Assembly (NCBI RefSeq): GCF_964204865.1
Contig: NC_135254.1
Span: 1,426,001 to 1,490,000, forward strand
Length of the DNA: 64,000 bases
Source of the DNA: Styela clava
Taxonomy: Eukaryota
Direction: 5' to 3'
In this document: one piece after another, positions 9,670 to 23,392 of the stretch
Layout of the letters: every line of letters begins with the position of its first letter
How positions within the stretch are numbered: position 1 is the stretch's first letter
Position numbers and translations under genes: made by a program
The notes under the pieces: model-generated
Seen by the model: only the letters and a program-made list of their open reading frames with translations
What the model was told of the DNA's origin: nothing
The model's database searches: none

Positions 9670-11900
9670 TGTTGCTGTGAAAAAAATCGCTCTTGTCAAT
9701 GTTTTCAAGTTTATACAAAGCTCAGAGATTTGTTGTCATTTTATGCCGATGGCTGAAAATTCTTCAAAATCGTAGAAACAAGAATTTGACTTCATCTTTT
9801 GGTTCAATAACTGTACAAGAAATGGAAGATGCTAAGAAGATAATTTTAAAACTTATGCAGTGTCAAGTGTATCCAGATGAAATCGAAATATTGAACAAAC
9901 CTAAGAAATTCGATACTGTAAAGAAATCTTCATCATTATTCAAGCTTGATCCATGTATAAGATCTGATGGATTGTTGAGAATTGGGGGAAGATTGAAAGA
10001 TTCAAGTTTGCCTGAAGAATTGAAGCATCCTGTTATATTGCCCAAGTCTCATCATATTAGGACTCTAATAGTCAAGCATTATCATGAAGTCGTGAAACAT
10101 CAAGAACGTGGAATAACACTCAATGAAATAAGATCTGCTGGATTTTGGATAGTTTCTGGTATTACCGCTGTCTCAAGTTTCATACATCGCTGCACAAAAT
10201 GTAGAAGACTTAGACGAACATTTCAAGAACAGAAAATGGCTGTTTACCAAAAGACAGAATGGATGATAGTCCATGTTTTGTGATTATTTCCCCTTCAAGT
10301 TCAACGTCAGCGCGCAAGTTACCATGGAGTGTTTGGGAACGTCAAATTCGAAGTATTAGATCAGTTCTTTCATTCATTCTGGAAAAGAATGGAAGGCAAC
10401 TAGATGAGGATTCTCTTCGCACTCTGATGGCAGAGGCTGAAGCATTTGTTAATGGACGTCCTCTAGTTGTGGATAATTTGTCATGTCCTGATTCACCACT
10501 GCTTCTGACGCCTAATCATTTGTTGACTGCGAAGACAAGACTTGTACCACCACGTGTGTTTGGAAGGGAAGATTTGTACTCGCGTAAAAGATGGAGGAGA
10601 GTACAACATTTAGCCAATGAATTTTGGATTCAATTTCGTAAAGAATATTTACAATCACTTCAAGCTCTTCAAAAGTGGAACAAAGTTCAACGTGACCTGA
10701 AAATTGGTGATTTTGTCATAGTCGTTGACGAAAATACACCAAGAAATCAGTGGAAGACGGCAAGGATTGTTGATGTCTATCCTGATGCAGATGGTCATGT
10801 CCGAAGAGTTCGATTTCACATAGGAGATTTAACACTCGATGAAAGAGGGAAGCGTAAAAAGGATGTTCTTTTTCTTGATCGTCCAATCCAAAAGTTGATT
10901 CTTTTCTTGGAGAGTGGAGACACGGGAGAAGATTCCCGACGAGGGAGCCAGAAATAGACATTGTGAAGATTGTATTTTTATTTTAGTATAGAAATAGCAT
11001 TTCTAGGGGAGCCATGTAAATGATGACTCAGCCGTCATTTTATTTATTGGCCTTTGTCGCCTCATCGTGGTACTTTAGATTGTTGCGCAAGTTTGTCTCG
11101 TGGTTGCGCCATTTTCAGGATTTTGGTGAACAGGCTGACAGGGTTTTGTGCTTCTCTGATTTGGTCTAATATATTCATCTTTTTCCGTGCAGTTGAGATT
11201 ATTTAAATATTAAATTGAAGTATCTGCTTGTTTGTGATATTATTAGCCGAAAAAATCGGTAAGTCATATTTTATGTAAAGATATTTCTGTATTTAGGAAT
11301 TCATTTGCTGAGTGTTCCTACTTGCTTAATATAGGATTTTCATTGCAAATTCATATTAGTATAGAATAAGTAAAACACTGTGGACAAGTTATTGTTCGCT
11401 CTTTATTCATCAGTTATTCATACCTTCTTTATCGTGTGATCAGGTACAGGAAGCCTATACTAAATTTTGCCAATGTCTCTGGTTTTGCTTATAAGTTTAC
11501 TCCTATTTTAATTGCAATTTACACACTTCATCAGTTCATTGTGACTTTATATTGGAACACTTCATCAGTTCATTGAGACACTATTTTGGAACGCTTCATA
11601 ACATCTATTTCATTCTGTCATTTTTGAACACGATTTGGAAGTAACATCAAAACATTGTGTGGACAGTTTCTTGGGGTATCCAGGTTTCAGTGAGTGCAGA
11701 AGTGAGGTAAACGACGGTCTACACGGCGGAACATATGACTGCGAGTCTGTGACGAAAGAATTGAATAAGATAAGACTGTACTGCTGTAAGACTCGTAGCA
11801 TCGTGAACAGCAGCCGTAATAATGATTGATGAAAGATTCATTCAGATTCTACGTCCTTCAATGTGAGTTTGACGTATCGTTTGTACTGAGCTTCATAGCA
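9670..11900 (+). mobile_element. BEL/Pao LTR retrotransposon 3' fragment (deleted, frameshifted integrase) with probable 3' LTR
   Basis: Motifs LRIGGRL, KHPVILPK, HYHE...CTKC, WERQIRSIR, AEAFVNGRPL, LTPNHLL, RWRRVQHLANEFW, GHVRRV, RPIQKL. Purine tract GGGGAGCCA then TGT at 11015. The right end of the LTR is approximate. Confidence 0.88.
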
Positions 11901-13499
11901 GGAAATATGCAAAAGTAAGTAAAAACAGAATAGAATATAAAAATTGGCCCATTCATTCGTTTCCTATTCTGATGAGTTTTTGATAATCAAGTGATCTGCG
12001 ATGTATACAAATCAGGGATGGACCAAGCAGTCTCGAATAAACATCATGTTAGATTTGAATTGATGATGATAAAAATAATGTGATAAGATCTATGAAACAG
12101 ATTCCGTTAGATAAATTTCATCTTATATTGTTGCTAACAACCGTGCCATAAAACCCTACTCCCTAATATCACTACCATTTAATTTTACGTTTACCTGTAT
12201 TCTCAAAATCGTGTGCAGGATTAAAGGTATTTATTGGTGAAATTATGTATTTTGATTTCCAGTACTTTAAAATAATAAACCACTCAAGTCATCAAGAATT
12301 TTAACATAATTTTTTTGTTTTATAGCTTGGAGAGAAGAAGAAATTAAATCATGGTGTCTGCTATGATGACAACAAAACGGACTCTACATGATTTTGGTTT
12401 TATCTTGTGTAGGAGATACTCAACCTTACCGGTGTATTTGTTAAAAACAAATTGAATATTCGAATTGATACCTCAAACAATGTTAATATGAGAAAAATAG
12501 CTCAAACTACCAAATTGAATTACTATGTATTCACATTGATTTTTGCAAATTTTCCCTTGAACCTCTGAACCAGTTCCAGTCAAACGAATCTTACAATTTC
12601 CTTTTTCATGATATCAAATATCTTACATATGTTTCATAATTTGATTTCATATATGCGTTTGTACTACAGTTACTTTTTGATATATCTATGATGACTTTTA
12701 TTGAAAAAACAGTCTTAAGATTGAACATTTATCCCTGATATTCATTACGCTGAATATAAATAAAGTAATTACCGGTAATAGAAAAGTCTCAAGATGCTAA
12801 CAAAAAGGACTCCCTCGGAGATGAATCTTATTTCCGAAAAGAGTGTGTAGGGATCCTGCCAATCTGATGTTTGCATTTTTTTCAATAAATACAGTTAATT
12901 GCATGGATCTTGTTCTCTGTCAGGGATGATTTATAACCGGGAGAAGAGTAGTTTTGTATGTTCGTTCCCGTGGGAGTATTGGGATAATACTAATTTGATC
13001 AGGACAGTGGTCGTGATACCATGTTGTGCCTGCAATTTGTATTACAAATCTGAAACATCGTATAGTGTGTAAACCCCTGTCAATTGCCTATGCAATACAA
13101 ATAGAACTACACAATTGCATATATCAGTACGGACTTTAAAACTCATTTAATAATAGCATTTGAGCCACTGGTGAAATTATTCACTAATCGATCGAGTGGA
13201 GCAGTTCAGCCCAGGCATTGATATACCCATGATGAGGTGATAAAAAAGAAAGGTAATATAATTCTAATAATAATATGATATAAATAGACCCATTCAAGAA
13301 TCTATATTTCTCGAACCAGCATCTCTTTCTGAAATAATCAACATTTCAAACCAATTTAAAATCTGGGAAAGCAGTTGGACCTGACAACATTCCTTCTACT
13401 TAAAAGTCATGTATGATGGTATTGCACAGACAATACAAACATTTTTCAATGCATCTATCGAGTTCGGTATTTTCCCTGATGCTTTAAAATGTGCTTGAG

Positions 13500-15429
13500 C
13501 AGTGGTTCCCAACCTTTCTACCCTGGCGGACCAGTAAATTAAAATAAAAGTACTCGCGGACCGGCAAAAAATTGAAATGACCGAAACAGAAAAAAATAAC
13601 ATTTATTTGCGTAATACAGCGGTTCTCAACCTGTGGTACGCGTACCACTAGTGGTACGCGGGAGCTTTCCAAGTGGTACGCGAGCAGTTTTGAATTATTG
13701 CAACAATTAGCTCTTTATCTTCCATACTAAATGTATCCGCTGAACGGGTTTATAGCGTTACCAGTCCTTGTCTTTATAGCTCGCCCGCTGTTGCCCACCT
13801 AAAAGGAAACGAGACGGGCGCGTTTTCGCCACAATGTACGTCCACAATGTATCCACATTAAGAAATCGGCAACGAAGGGAGCGTTTTGCGGGAGTCGTCG
13901 ACACGTGTCGAGATACCTTGATTGCGCCTTAATATGTCCTAACGGTCTTACCACTGCTACCAGATGTACGTGTTGGCTGATCGGCCTAATTTAAAGCTAG
14001 CGCCGACCAAAGTGTATTCGTCTAAGTTTTGCGATAATTCGATTCGTTTCGCGATGATTTAAGCTATTCAGCTCTGACGGTGAATTCTCTCGTGATTTTG
14101 CACGCAATTAATACGTTGTTACAGCATATAATAAATACTTTGGAACTTTGTACGAAGGTTTAAAAATGGATGTAGTCTTACATAATATGCTACCGTATCG
14201 CGTTTCTTGTGCCACTGTTCCCCTCACAATTTTTTTTTTCGGTGGTACGCAGTCAGAGTAAAAAACACAAAAGTGGTACGCGGCCATTAAAAAGCTTGAG
14301 AAGCACTGGCGTAATATAATGCAATGCCGGGCACTCAATATGCTGCTAGACAAAAAAAGGCACACTTAAAACATTTCACACGAAAAAAACTATCAAATAA
14401 TGTGCCGGCCAAAAATTGAAATGGGTGAAACATAAAATAATATCATATATTTGCGTAATGAAATGCAGTGCTGGGCACCCATTATGCGTAAGAAAAGCAC
14501 GCATAAAACATGTCACATAAAAACATGTAAATGTCAAATAATGTACAAACACAATTACCTTTAGTGAGATTTTTGCTGCTGTTTCGTTTCCGATGCACGA
14601 TTGCAAACGAGGCCTCAAAGAAGTTTCTGCAAATCGTAGCTCTGCAGCGGCGTGCAGCTGATTTCTTTGCTTCGTTTTAATTAAAGCTAGTGATGAAAAT
14701 GTTTTTTCGCATAATGTAGTAACTGGTTGATAATACGAACAAGAGTTTGATTGCTCGATTACTTAGCGATGGGTATTCGTTATCAAGAGATATCCAAAAT
14801 TATGACAGTGATTCTTTTTTAAATCTGGACTGTAAGGTGAAATCACAATTTTAATCAAGAGTTTTCTTTTTCATCGGGTTCATCATATTAATCCCTCTGC
14901 AGTTGATCGATGCCTCAAACGAAATGAGTTTACATTACAATGACAAAGTCGTCGCTACCAGGCTCAAAATACTGAAAAAGATCTCTGCGGCCCATGCTTT
15001 TTTGCGCGTCTCGTGATCACCTGCAGGTTTGCAACAAGTTCATATCTTATTAGAATATTATACTGTCCTTGACTGTTTCCTGGTTTAAACAAAGAAATAT
15101 GCATAACGTTTTATATGGATGATCATATTAATCACAATAAGCACGCCGAACAGAAAAAGCACGCGTGCCGATATTTAGGTTTCTGAACCTTGCGAGATTT
15201 GATGGAGCGCATTCGCGATGAATCGGAGTCCGAAAAGCAAAAACTGTGATTACTCGGCGCCACGATGTTGCGAAAGACGTCGCCAAGATGTCGCAATATG
15301 ACGGCGGAAGAGAAATTGCGTAATAAACCAACGCAACCTCGCTACGGTAATAGGATTGAGACGACATAAAAACGAAATTTCTCACGGACCGGCAAAAAAG
15401 CTTCGCGGACCGGCGGTTGGGAACCACTG
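13500..15429 (-). mobile_element. Internally deleted hAT (Charlie/Buster-like) DNA transposon
   Basis: TIR CAGTGGTTCCCAAC/GTTGGGAACCACTG; TSD TGCTTGAG/TGCTAGAG. Minus-strand remnant at ~14560-14830 reads FWISLDNEYPSLSNRAIKLL...LCEKTFSSLALIKTKQRNQL (hAT dimerisation domain). Confidence 0.9.
13617..14308. mobile_element. hAT MITE nested inside the 13500-15429 element
   Basis: TIR CAGCGGTTCTCAA/TTGAGAAGCACTG; perfect 8-bp TSD GCGTAATA. Confidence 0.9.
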
Positions 15430-16277
15430 TGCTAGAGTAGTGCCCGTTTTCAAATCTGGTAGCAAAAAGCATATATCGAATTATAGGGCAATCTCAGTGC
15501 TCCCAATAATTTCAGCTGTCTTTGAAAGATTGATAGACGGTTATTATGTTTTATAGAAAACACAATATCATAACCTTATCTATGGTGTACTAAGTTTCAG
15601 TTATTTAAAATTAATTATACAACAACACATATTCTCTAGACAAATTAACAATCGCAACAATATAACTTATTTCACTGAGTTTTACAAAATGAATTTTGGT
15701 GATGGTTTTGCCTGGTACACCAGAGCAGTAGGCTACTTTATGCGTAGTAGTATATATTTACGCTTTCTGTGTGATGTTCAAGTACATTTCCCAGGTTCAT
15801 GAGATGTGTATTACCGACATCTGCACATAGCCCAAATCTTATGACCCGGGGCATATTTTTTTCAATTATAAGCAAATATTTAAAATAAAATAATCACGCT
15901 GGCCTGGCCCCAGAGACACAAAAAAGTTACCACCCCTATTCAAATTTCAGCCATTGGGAAGTAGGTTACAGCAAGGTAATTGATATGCAACATAAATTGG
16001 TATTTACTTTTTTTTCAACATATAGGCACCAGTTAACGCTACAGTAAAAAGACAATGAACGTGGTGAGGAATATAAATATCTAGATATGGCAACCAGTAG
16101 GAACACTACAATAAATTTTCGCTCGCAAAAAACTTTGTCATCTAATTCTTCCGGCTGGTATTTGTGAGAAGCCAACTCACCACGGCATGGTTCGAGCATT
16201 TGAGTTGGATCTCTTTTTGAACAGAAGAAACCCAAGCATGGATAGGCAGATCGCCAATGCTTGGTAACGAAACTGCT

Positions 16278-16512
16278 GTGGATGCCGTTGGCTGAACAAA
16301 GTTCAGCTCGTCCGCCTTCTGGTAAACCAAGGGTCCCACTACCCAAAGAGGTACATAACATGTGGATGCCGTTGGCCGGATAAAATCCAGCACATCCGCC
16401 TTTTGGTATACCAGGGGTTCCATTACCCAAAGAGGTAAATTACTTGCGAATGCCGTTGGCTGGATTTATCCAGCTCATCCGCCTTTTGGTATACCAGGGG
16501 TCCCACTACCCC
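16278..16512. repeat. 84-bp tandem repeat, ~2.8 copies, just 3' of the Zisupton coding region
   Basis: (G/A)ATGCCGTTGGC recurs at 16281, 16365 and 16449. Confidence 0.9.
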
Positions 16513-17208
16513 TAAAACCATGCTGTTCTTTTTGGCATGGCATGGTTGTTGATTTAATTAAGCACTGCTTAATAAGCACATCGGGCATCTCCATGATTTT
16601 TCGATTTTCACCCTCGCCTCCTTTGAGTATTTTAGGCACATTCTGAATGAAACCAGCGATCGCATTCATCACAACCAAGCTGTCAAACAAATGTGTGAAA
16701 TTTTTATCAAAAACATAATATGAGCCCACTCATTCTAGCTAGATCACAACAAGCAATATGATGAAATGATTCCAGGCACTGGAGCAGTGCAGGAATGAAT
16801 ACAAAAGCTAGCTCACGAAATTGTCTTCAGGTAGACAATACTAAGTGCAGCCCTTCATCTGGACAAATTTAGAGACTACCAGGGCTACTCAACTATTTTA
16901 CCAAAGATTCGTATACAGAATCTCAGGATTACAGACGTGTCTTTCAGTTAATATACCCAGCAGTGCGCCTAAATATATTTTAGTACATCTAACTTCAAAG
17001 TGTTATATATTGATAAAATAACCTTCGAAAGTATAAATAAAATCAGTAAAAGGAATTCCTCATATATCCAAGTTATTGAGTTGAGATACGTTATTATTTA
17101 CGTAAAAATACGAGTTTCAGTTATTTCCAGTTCGAAATTATTATATTGAAACCAGAAGTATGTGTACCAGTTTGAGATTAGGCCATACTTTAGGTACAAA
17201 CACTACGG

Positions 17209-18338
17209 CAGGGGTTCTCAAACTTTTTGTGTTGCGGAGCCCTTGAAAAAGTTGACTATTATTCACGGAGCCCCAAAATAAATGTTAAAATTGTTACTTT
17301 CCGAATAATATTTCTGAGTAAGTCAAAAGTAATGTACTTATTTTAAATGATTAACCTCTTTTAATAGGGTTAATACAAGTCATAAATGAATCTAAATGTA
17401 AAAGATGAATTATATATACTAAAGCTGTAAACTTGATACTTGACAAACATATTAATAAATTAGGGGTCGGATCTTTTACCTTTAGATATTTTTGAAAGAC
17501 TTAAAAGGCCGCTAATAACGTACTCGATTGCATTTTGTTACGATCGCCGATTGTTTTCGTCAGCATGGCGGTGTTTATTCTCCCTAAATCAAAAATTTTC
17601 CTCGACATATACATGTATGATGTATTGTTCCACATTGACGAGGAGTATTGCTTTTTTGTTCTCGTGGGGAATTATGAGTTCAATGTGAAAAACATGTTAC
17701 CATATTATAGTCACCGGAGACGAAATGCTAAAAATAATAAATAATAAAAGGTAAATCCGCAACTCAAATTTCTTGATTGAAAAGCGGCATACTGAAATAT
17801 TAAAACTAAAACTTAAAATGGGAGATAACACTATAAGTTTTGTTTCAGCAGACTCACGTCAGATTAAAAACACGTTCATAGACATTGTGAATCAAAAATT
17901 TGGTGTTATGTTGGGTTTTCTTTGGTTATTCGTCGTAGCAACTGCGAAACCGAAACACAGTCAATTGTGCGCGCGATGTACCTATTTTTCCATTCTGAAA
18001 CTACCGACGGAGCCGCATGCAATGAAATAAATTTCCATCTTTCGTATTTTGCCCCGACCTCTTGTTTTTTAAACGGCGACATCTTGCTCGTGAGTGCGAA
18101 AGAACAAAATCAAGCTTGACAAATCCCAAGATCGCAAAAATACGACTGCAATTTATGTATAGTTGGCAGTTTTTCGCGTATTTTATGTTATTTCAGAATA
18201 GTAGTCTTTCATTTCAGTAATCCTAATAGTAAAATTAGCCAATTCAGTATTTTAAAAAGTAGTCGAATAGCTTGCGGAGCCCCTGGGTTTCTCTCACGGA
18301 GCCCTGGGGCTCCGTACGGAGCACTTTGAGAACCTATG
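17209..18338. mobile_element. hAT MITE inserted into a GGTTAGG-family MITE (17155-18430), within a Zisupton intron
   Basis: TIR CAGGGGTTCTCAAA/TTTGAGAACCTATG; perfect TSD CACTACGG. Confidence 0.88.
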
Positions 18339-18639
18339 CACTACGGGAGTGACCGAACTGGTAATAGAACTAAAACAAGGAAAATTGAAATAAAATAATG
18401 GCCCAACCTGGTGCACATACTTCTGGAGCACCAAATTTCCACCCTTCTTGCAACCCTCTCCAAACTAAGCCCATTGGCGCCATACCCTAGATACGCCACT
18501 GACAAATACTAATTTATAATGTAATTTTAAAAAATAAATGTGAGAACAAACCCAAGTTCCATGAGGCGTCGCAGTGCCACACATGCTGCACACACTGTTC
18601 ATATCTAAGGACATTGAGGTAAATATGAATAGAATAAAC

Positions 18640-20495
18640 TAGGCTTGCACGTAATTGACAAAAATCAATTCCGTAATTACGGCCAAATCGATTACGTAAT
18701 GACCCCGTAATTGCGATATTTTTCCACACATTTAAACCTATCATAACAACCAATCGAATCCACTTCATTTTCGATTGGGACATCGAGTTTGGGTTTTCAT
18801 ATTCCTGGCAGTACTACACGCCGGCGACAGATGCTAAGACAAGAGTGAATTCAAATTAATTTTATTCTGATTTTTATCTTTTGGGCTAGCTTTGATTTCT
18901 TTTATCACCTTCGCAAATTAACCGTCCCAATTTTATGCGATCAATTTCATCATTACCGACACTGGTATACGGATATTTATGAAACGATAGTTGACTTTTT
19001 TTAAATCGTATTAAAAAAAATGTCGGGTTTCCAATTTATCAATGCCACGACGAGCGTATTCTCTCGTTTTTTAATTACACTTGCGCTTGCCTCGCGACGA
19101 AGACTTGTTATTGCACCGTTTTTAACATTATTCGACTTTACTACCTAGTCAGCATTTTATAATAATTATAGATGCCAACTTATTGACGTTATTCCGATTA
19201 CCATGCTTCATTTTACATTAAATCATTTCGCGGCCTAAATGTTGTAACATTATTTGCGACAAATTTAGATCAAATATTAATTATTTGCGCATAATTTAAA
19301 TACCGTACTTATATGACATGCCTTTTCCGAAAATACAAAGTTATATCGCAAAAAATGCATATTGTGACATTTATTTTGCACTCATGAAAAAATTAACTCA
19401 TTTTTCTAACTCAAGTCGACGATCCTATCGGCCAAGATTGACACAAATTTGGTCGAGTGTCGGTGGTATTCGAGAATCAAAATAAGTTGCCGCATTTGGT
19501 AAAAACAGTTAATCATATTTGGCCGAAATATTGCGAGGCATTGTGGAAAACCTATTGAGCAAGGACAAGTCCGGACTGATATAAAACGATGAAACCGGTA
19601 ACAGAACATCAAGGTTTTGTAATTGAAAATGGTTCTCGCACAGAATAAACACACTGGCTCCTACTTGATATTTGATAGTAGTTAAATTGAGAATATTGAA
19701 CTGTTAAAAACAAAAAAAAAACGATCGTCGAAATTCCCAAATCTCGTTGCCTTGGTTAAACATAATCCAATGATCAGGACATTTTCAATTAAATACTGCA
19801 CAAAGATAAACATTTAGGTTACAATTTAGCTTTTTTTTTAAATTTTAATCATGCATTGTGGTGGAGAAATCCCACTATTTAAATACGGGTAACTATAAAA
19901 ATAGAAAATAATTCTGGATTCGATTTAAGTCATCTAAAACAGTGGTTCCCGACCGCCGGTACGCGGACCGTCAACGGTCCGCAAAGGATTATTACCGGAT
20001 CGCGGGAAATCCCGTCATATTGTTGTTTCTCTGCCGTCTCAATCGCTTTACCGATGCCGAAAAGACGAAGTTGCGTTGGTTCATTACGCAATTTCTCTTC
20101 CGTCGTCATATTGCTGATTTTTACCGGATCGCGGGAAATCCCGTCATATTGTTGTTTCTCTGCCGTCTCGATGCCGAAAAGACGAAGTTGCGTTGGTTCA
20201 TTACGCAATTTCTTTCCGTCGTCATATTGCTGTTTGATAAGCACGACATTAATTATCACGGTGACGTATTTGGCAAGAGAGAGAAAAGTGAGAAAAACGG
20301 CTGCAAATACCGAAGCTCTAACTTCTTCTACTTTTTAAACTTTCACTTTTTACAATCGACGGAATTGACTGCTTTGAAGAGAGCTCGTTTCAATCGCGAA
20401 AGCGCTCGACCAATAATTACGACTTTACGTAATTCGTAACTCCCCTTCCGTAACTCGAAATAATTCCGTAAATCTGTAAATTACGTGCAAGCCGA
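18640..20495. mobile_element. Non-autonomous TIR element (hAT-like TAGG ends) containing a ~129-bp tandem duplication
   Basis: TIR TAGGCTTGCACGTAATT/AATTACGTGCAAGCCGA; both flanks contain AATAAAC; internal duplication 19992-20232. Confidence 0.7.
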
Positions 20496-22905
20496 GCAAT
20501 AAACACACAAGTTCACCGGTTCTCAACCAGTGAGTCTTTCATTCAAAATATTAAAGTGAAAGTGTCCATTTTCAAACAAACATCCTGATTTTCCTTGTAG
20601 ATTTCCCCTTGCAACAAAAATCGGCCATGAAAGCAAAAAGGTTGAGCATCACTGCAGTCAGTTGAGGCTTGCATCCTCCACCACCAATTCCATGCATCTG
20701 AGACTAATAACTGGCTAACTAATCGAATATTTCAATACTAGACATTTCCAAGATCTCTTCAGCTATTTGTAACCTGTATCTTTTAATAACTTCTAATGTC
20801 GACTGAAAAGTAACTCCATCAAAACTATCAAGCAGTAAGCTTTCTGCAATCTGAACAAAACATTTAATATTATGAATTATAATATAACTATTGAAAATGG
20901 CTCAAAATTTTCTATAACCTCAACCATCAATTTGTATTGGATGTTTAATTTTTCCACTTTTGAAACATGTAATTGACTCCTTAATTCCCTCACCCTCTCT
21001 TAAAAAGAAAATCAGGGTAAATAATGGCAAACATGAATTGCTGTAATCAAATCTGTCATATTGTTTGAAAATTCATTATACCTAACGCTGCTCTTGGCTT
21101 TCTTCCAGGTTGCTACCTACCGGATCCACTAAATATAATATCCGCCCAGTAACGTTGATCACCTAACAAAAAAATTTCAAATAACTTAAGAATGAAAAGC
21201 GAAGATGGCAATACCAAAAGTTTCCAATGATTATCATCCACGTTCCATATTCCGACAATAATTTCATAGGCCGATAATGATATCTGAAAATAAATAAGGA
21301 TCATTTACAAATATGGGATACTTATGAGCAAAAATCTTCATCACAAAAGAGCTCAAACATACATCAAATACTGCAACTTTGTTGATTAGCTCTACTTTAT
21401 CTACCAAAATTTTTCAAAAGAAAAGAAACAGACCTTTGAAAGCAATTGACGGGAAAGAACAGGTCTGTTTCTTTCCAATATGTTTTTGGTCAAAAAGGAG
21501 TCTATTTGTTGCCGCCAATATTGATAAATATATTTCGATTGCCTATAACGATGAGAAAAAAATAATAATTTAGTAAAATCCTACGCACCCAGGGAGTCTA
21601 CATTGGAGGGATAGCAAATGCTTATTCTTTGATTTGTAAGGATTCAGATTTGTTTTTCAGTCATCAATTAGTATAAGAAAAATGAAATTTGCCAATAACA
21701 CAACATTATGATTTCAGGTAAATCACTGTCGTCTTTCTTGATAAGCAACCGCATAGTTTCTGCATTCGAGGGTATTTTCCTAATAACAATCAAAATTCTT
21801 ATGAATTAAAACTATATATAAATTAACGGGGACAGTTGCCACATTGAATGAGGAAATTTGCTAACTTCGTAACCTTCAATAAATGAGAACCTTTTAGGTC
21901 AAATTTGATATATGAATGATGGTGAAAAAATTTGATAAAATTAAAACTCAATAATTTTACTTTTCAATTTCTAATTTTGTAGAGTTTCCCAAAATGTCGT
22001 CGTTCATCAATTCCTCATCACACTTCTCTAGTGAAACTTCAGCTCCCTAAAATTCATATTGACAAGTAATGATCCCAATGCACAAGTAAGAAAATAGTGC
22101 AATGAAGCATTTCTTTAAAAATTAATTGTAATTTTATAACAGACAAAATAAACTACTGACACTGAATTTTAGTCAGTGTTATGACTTACATCAAATTCAA
22201 TGGAAAAATAAACAAAAAGCAAATACCATAGCATTTTGTGAAGAATGTTGGTGATCAGGAGTACGAAGCAGACGCCGGTCCGTAAGCAGTAAAAATATAT
22301 TTATAAAGAAACATGCATTTTATGTGTATTTTATGCACATTAAACAACATTCAAGAATTTTCTTCTTTCCTCACTGAAAACTAAAATCAAAATTGAATCA
22401 AATACATGGTAAGAATTTTTTGAACCAGAAATAATTTGGGATATGAAAATATATATAAAAAGAATGATAAATCAAAATGAGATCAAACACACGCCCCAAA
22501 TTTCGCCCAAGTTAATATTAATAATAATTAAAAATTTCATAAGAAATAAAAATAAATTTCATTGTATGATAAATGAGAACAACAAAGACAAAGAAATTTT
22601 AAATTGTTATTACTAGAAAATCGGGCGAAATCTTTTGGACACCCTGTATAAAAAAACATTTATCACTAAAATTTCCTCAATCTAGCAAACTGTCAAATTT
22701 TTTATGGTTAACTTTGAGGGAGTGGGATCGCAATTCCTCTTGCATCAATCGTCACACCACCTCATTACATTCATGATAGTTTTATATATCCTCACATTCT
22801 GGAGGTGTAATATCAAACGACTCATAAATAGGAAATTGATATTATCCATGTTGCAAAGAGAGAGAAAGAGCCATCTTTTTCTATTTCGGAAACATTTACC
22901 TAAGC

Positions 22906-23392
22906 CAGGGGTCGGAAACCTTTTTCGACTCGTGTGCCAAAATCGGCTAAATTTTAACGACAAAATTCTTCCGTGTGCCGACCAAAATTAAAAACAATGC
23001 TTTGTTAAATAATAAACCACTCAAACATATACAGACAGACTCACACTTCTGGAAAATATCAGTCCGATAAATAGATTTGAAAAGCTTTTTTTATTCTATA
23101 TTAGTGACACTTCTATTGCTGCATTACCGCTGATAGACATTTTACATTATTACACGTTTATATTTTGTAATTTTCAAAGAAAAACACGAACTACGGGTTT
23201 CCTCTTTCAGGCTACTCCTGTTACAAGACTTAAACAAGTTCATAACTGAGTCACAAGCATATGTAGATAAAAACATTAAATGAACACCTAGTTTCATCAG
23301 ATAATTCAGAGTTTGAAACTTCTTATCTGAAGGAGAATGATCTCGTTTCCGATACCTCGCTCGCGTGCCGAATGAATGGACTCACACTCCTG
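22906..23392. mobile_element. hAT-type MITE in a Zisupton intron
   Basis: Ends CAGGGG and CTCCTG; perfect TSD ACCTAAGC; related 3' fragment at ~58110-58215. Confidence 0.85.

Larger units (their letters stand above)
13290..15540 (+). mobile_element. Old CR1/L2-group LINE RT fragment split by a hAT insertion
   Basis: KAVGPDNIP...FNASIEFGIFPDALKC before 13500 rejoins ARVVPVFKSGSKKHISNYRAISVLPIISAVFERLI after 15429. Confidence 0.85.

Noticed and set aside
15966-16729. Repeat-containing protein ORFs from the track
   Set aside because: They arise from an 84-bp DNA repeat open in several frames; the convincing coding signal is the PHD exon in a different frame.
19930-20439. Overlapping 94-165 aa ORFs
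   Set aside because: They are by-products of a 129-bp duplication inside a non-autonomous element, with no recognisable domain.
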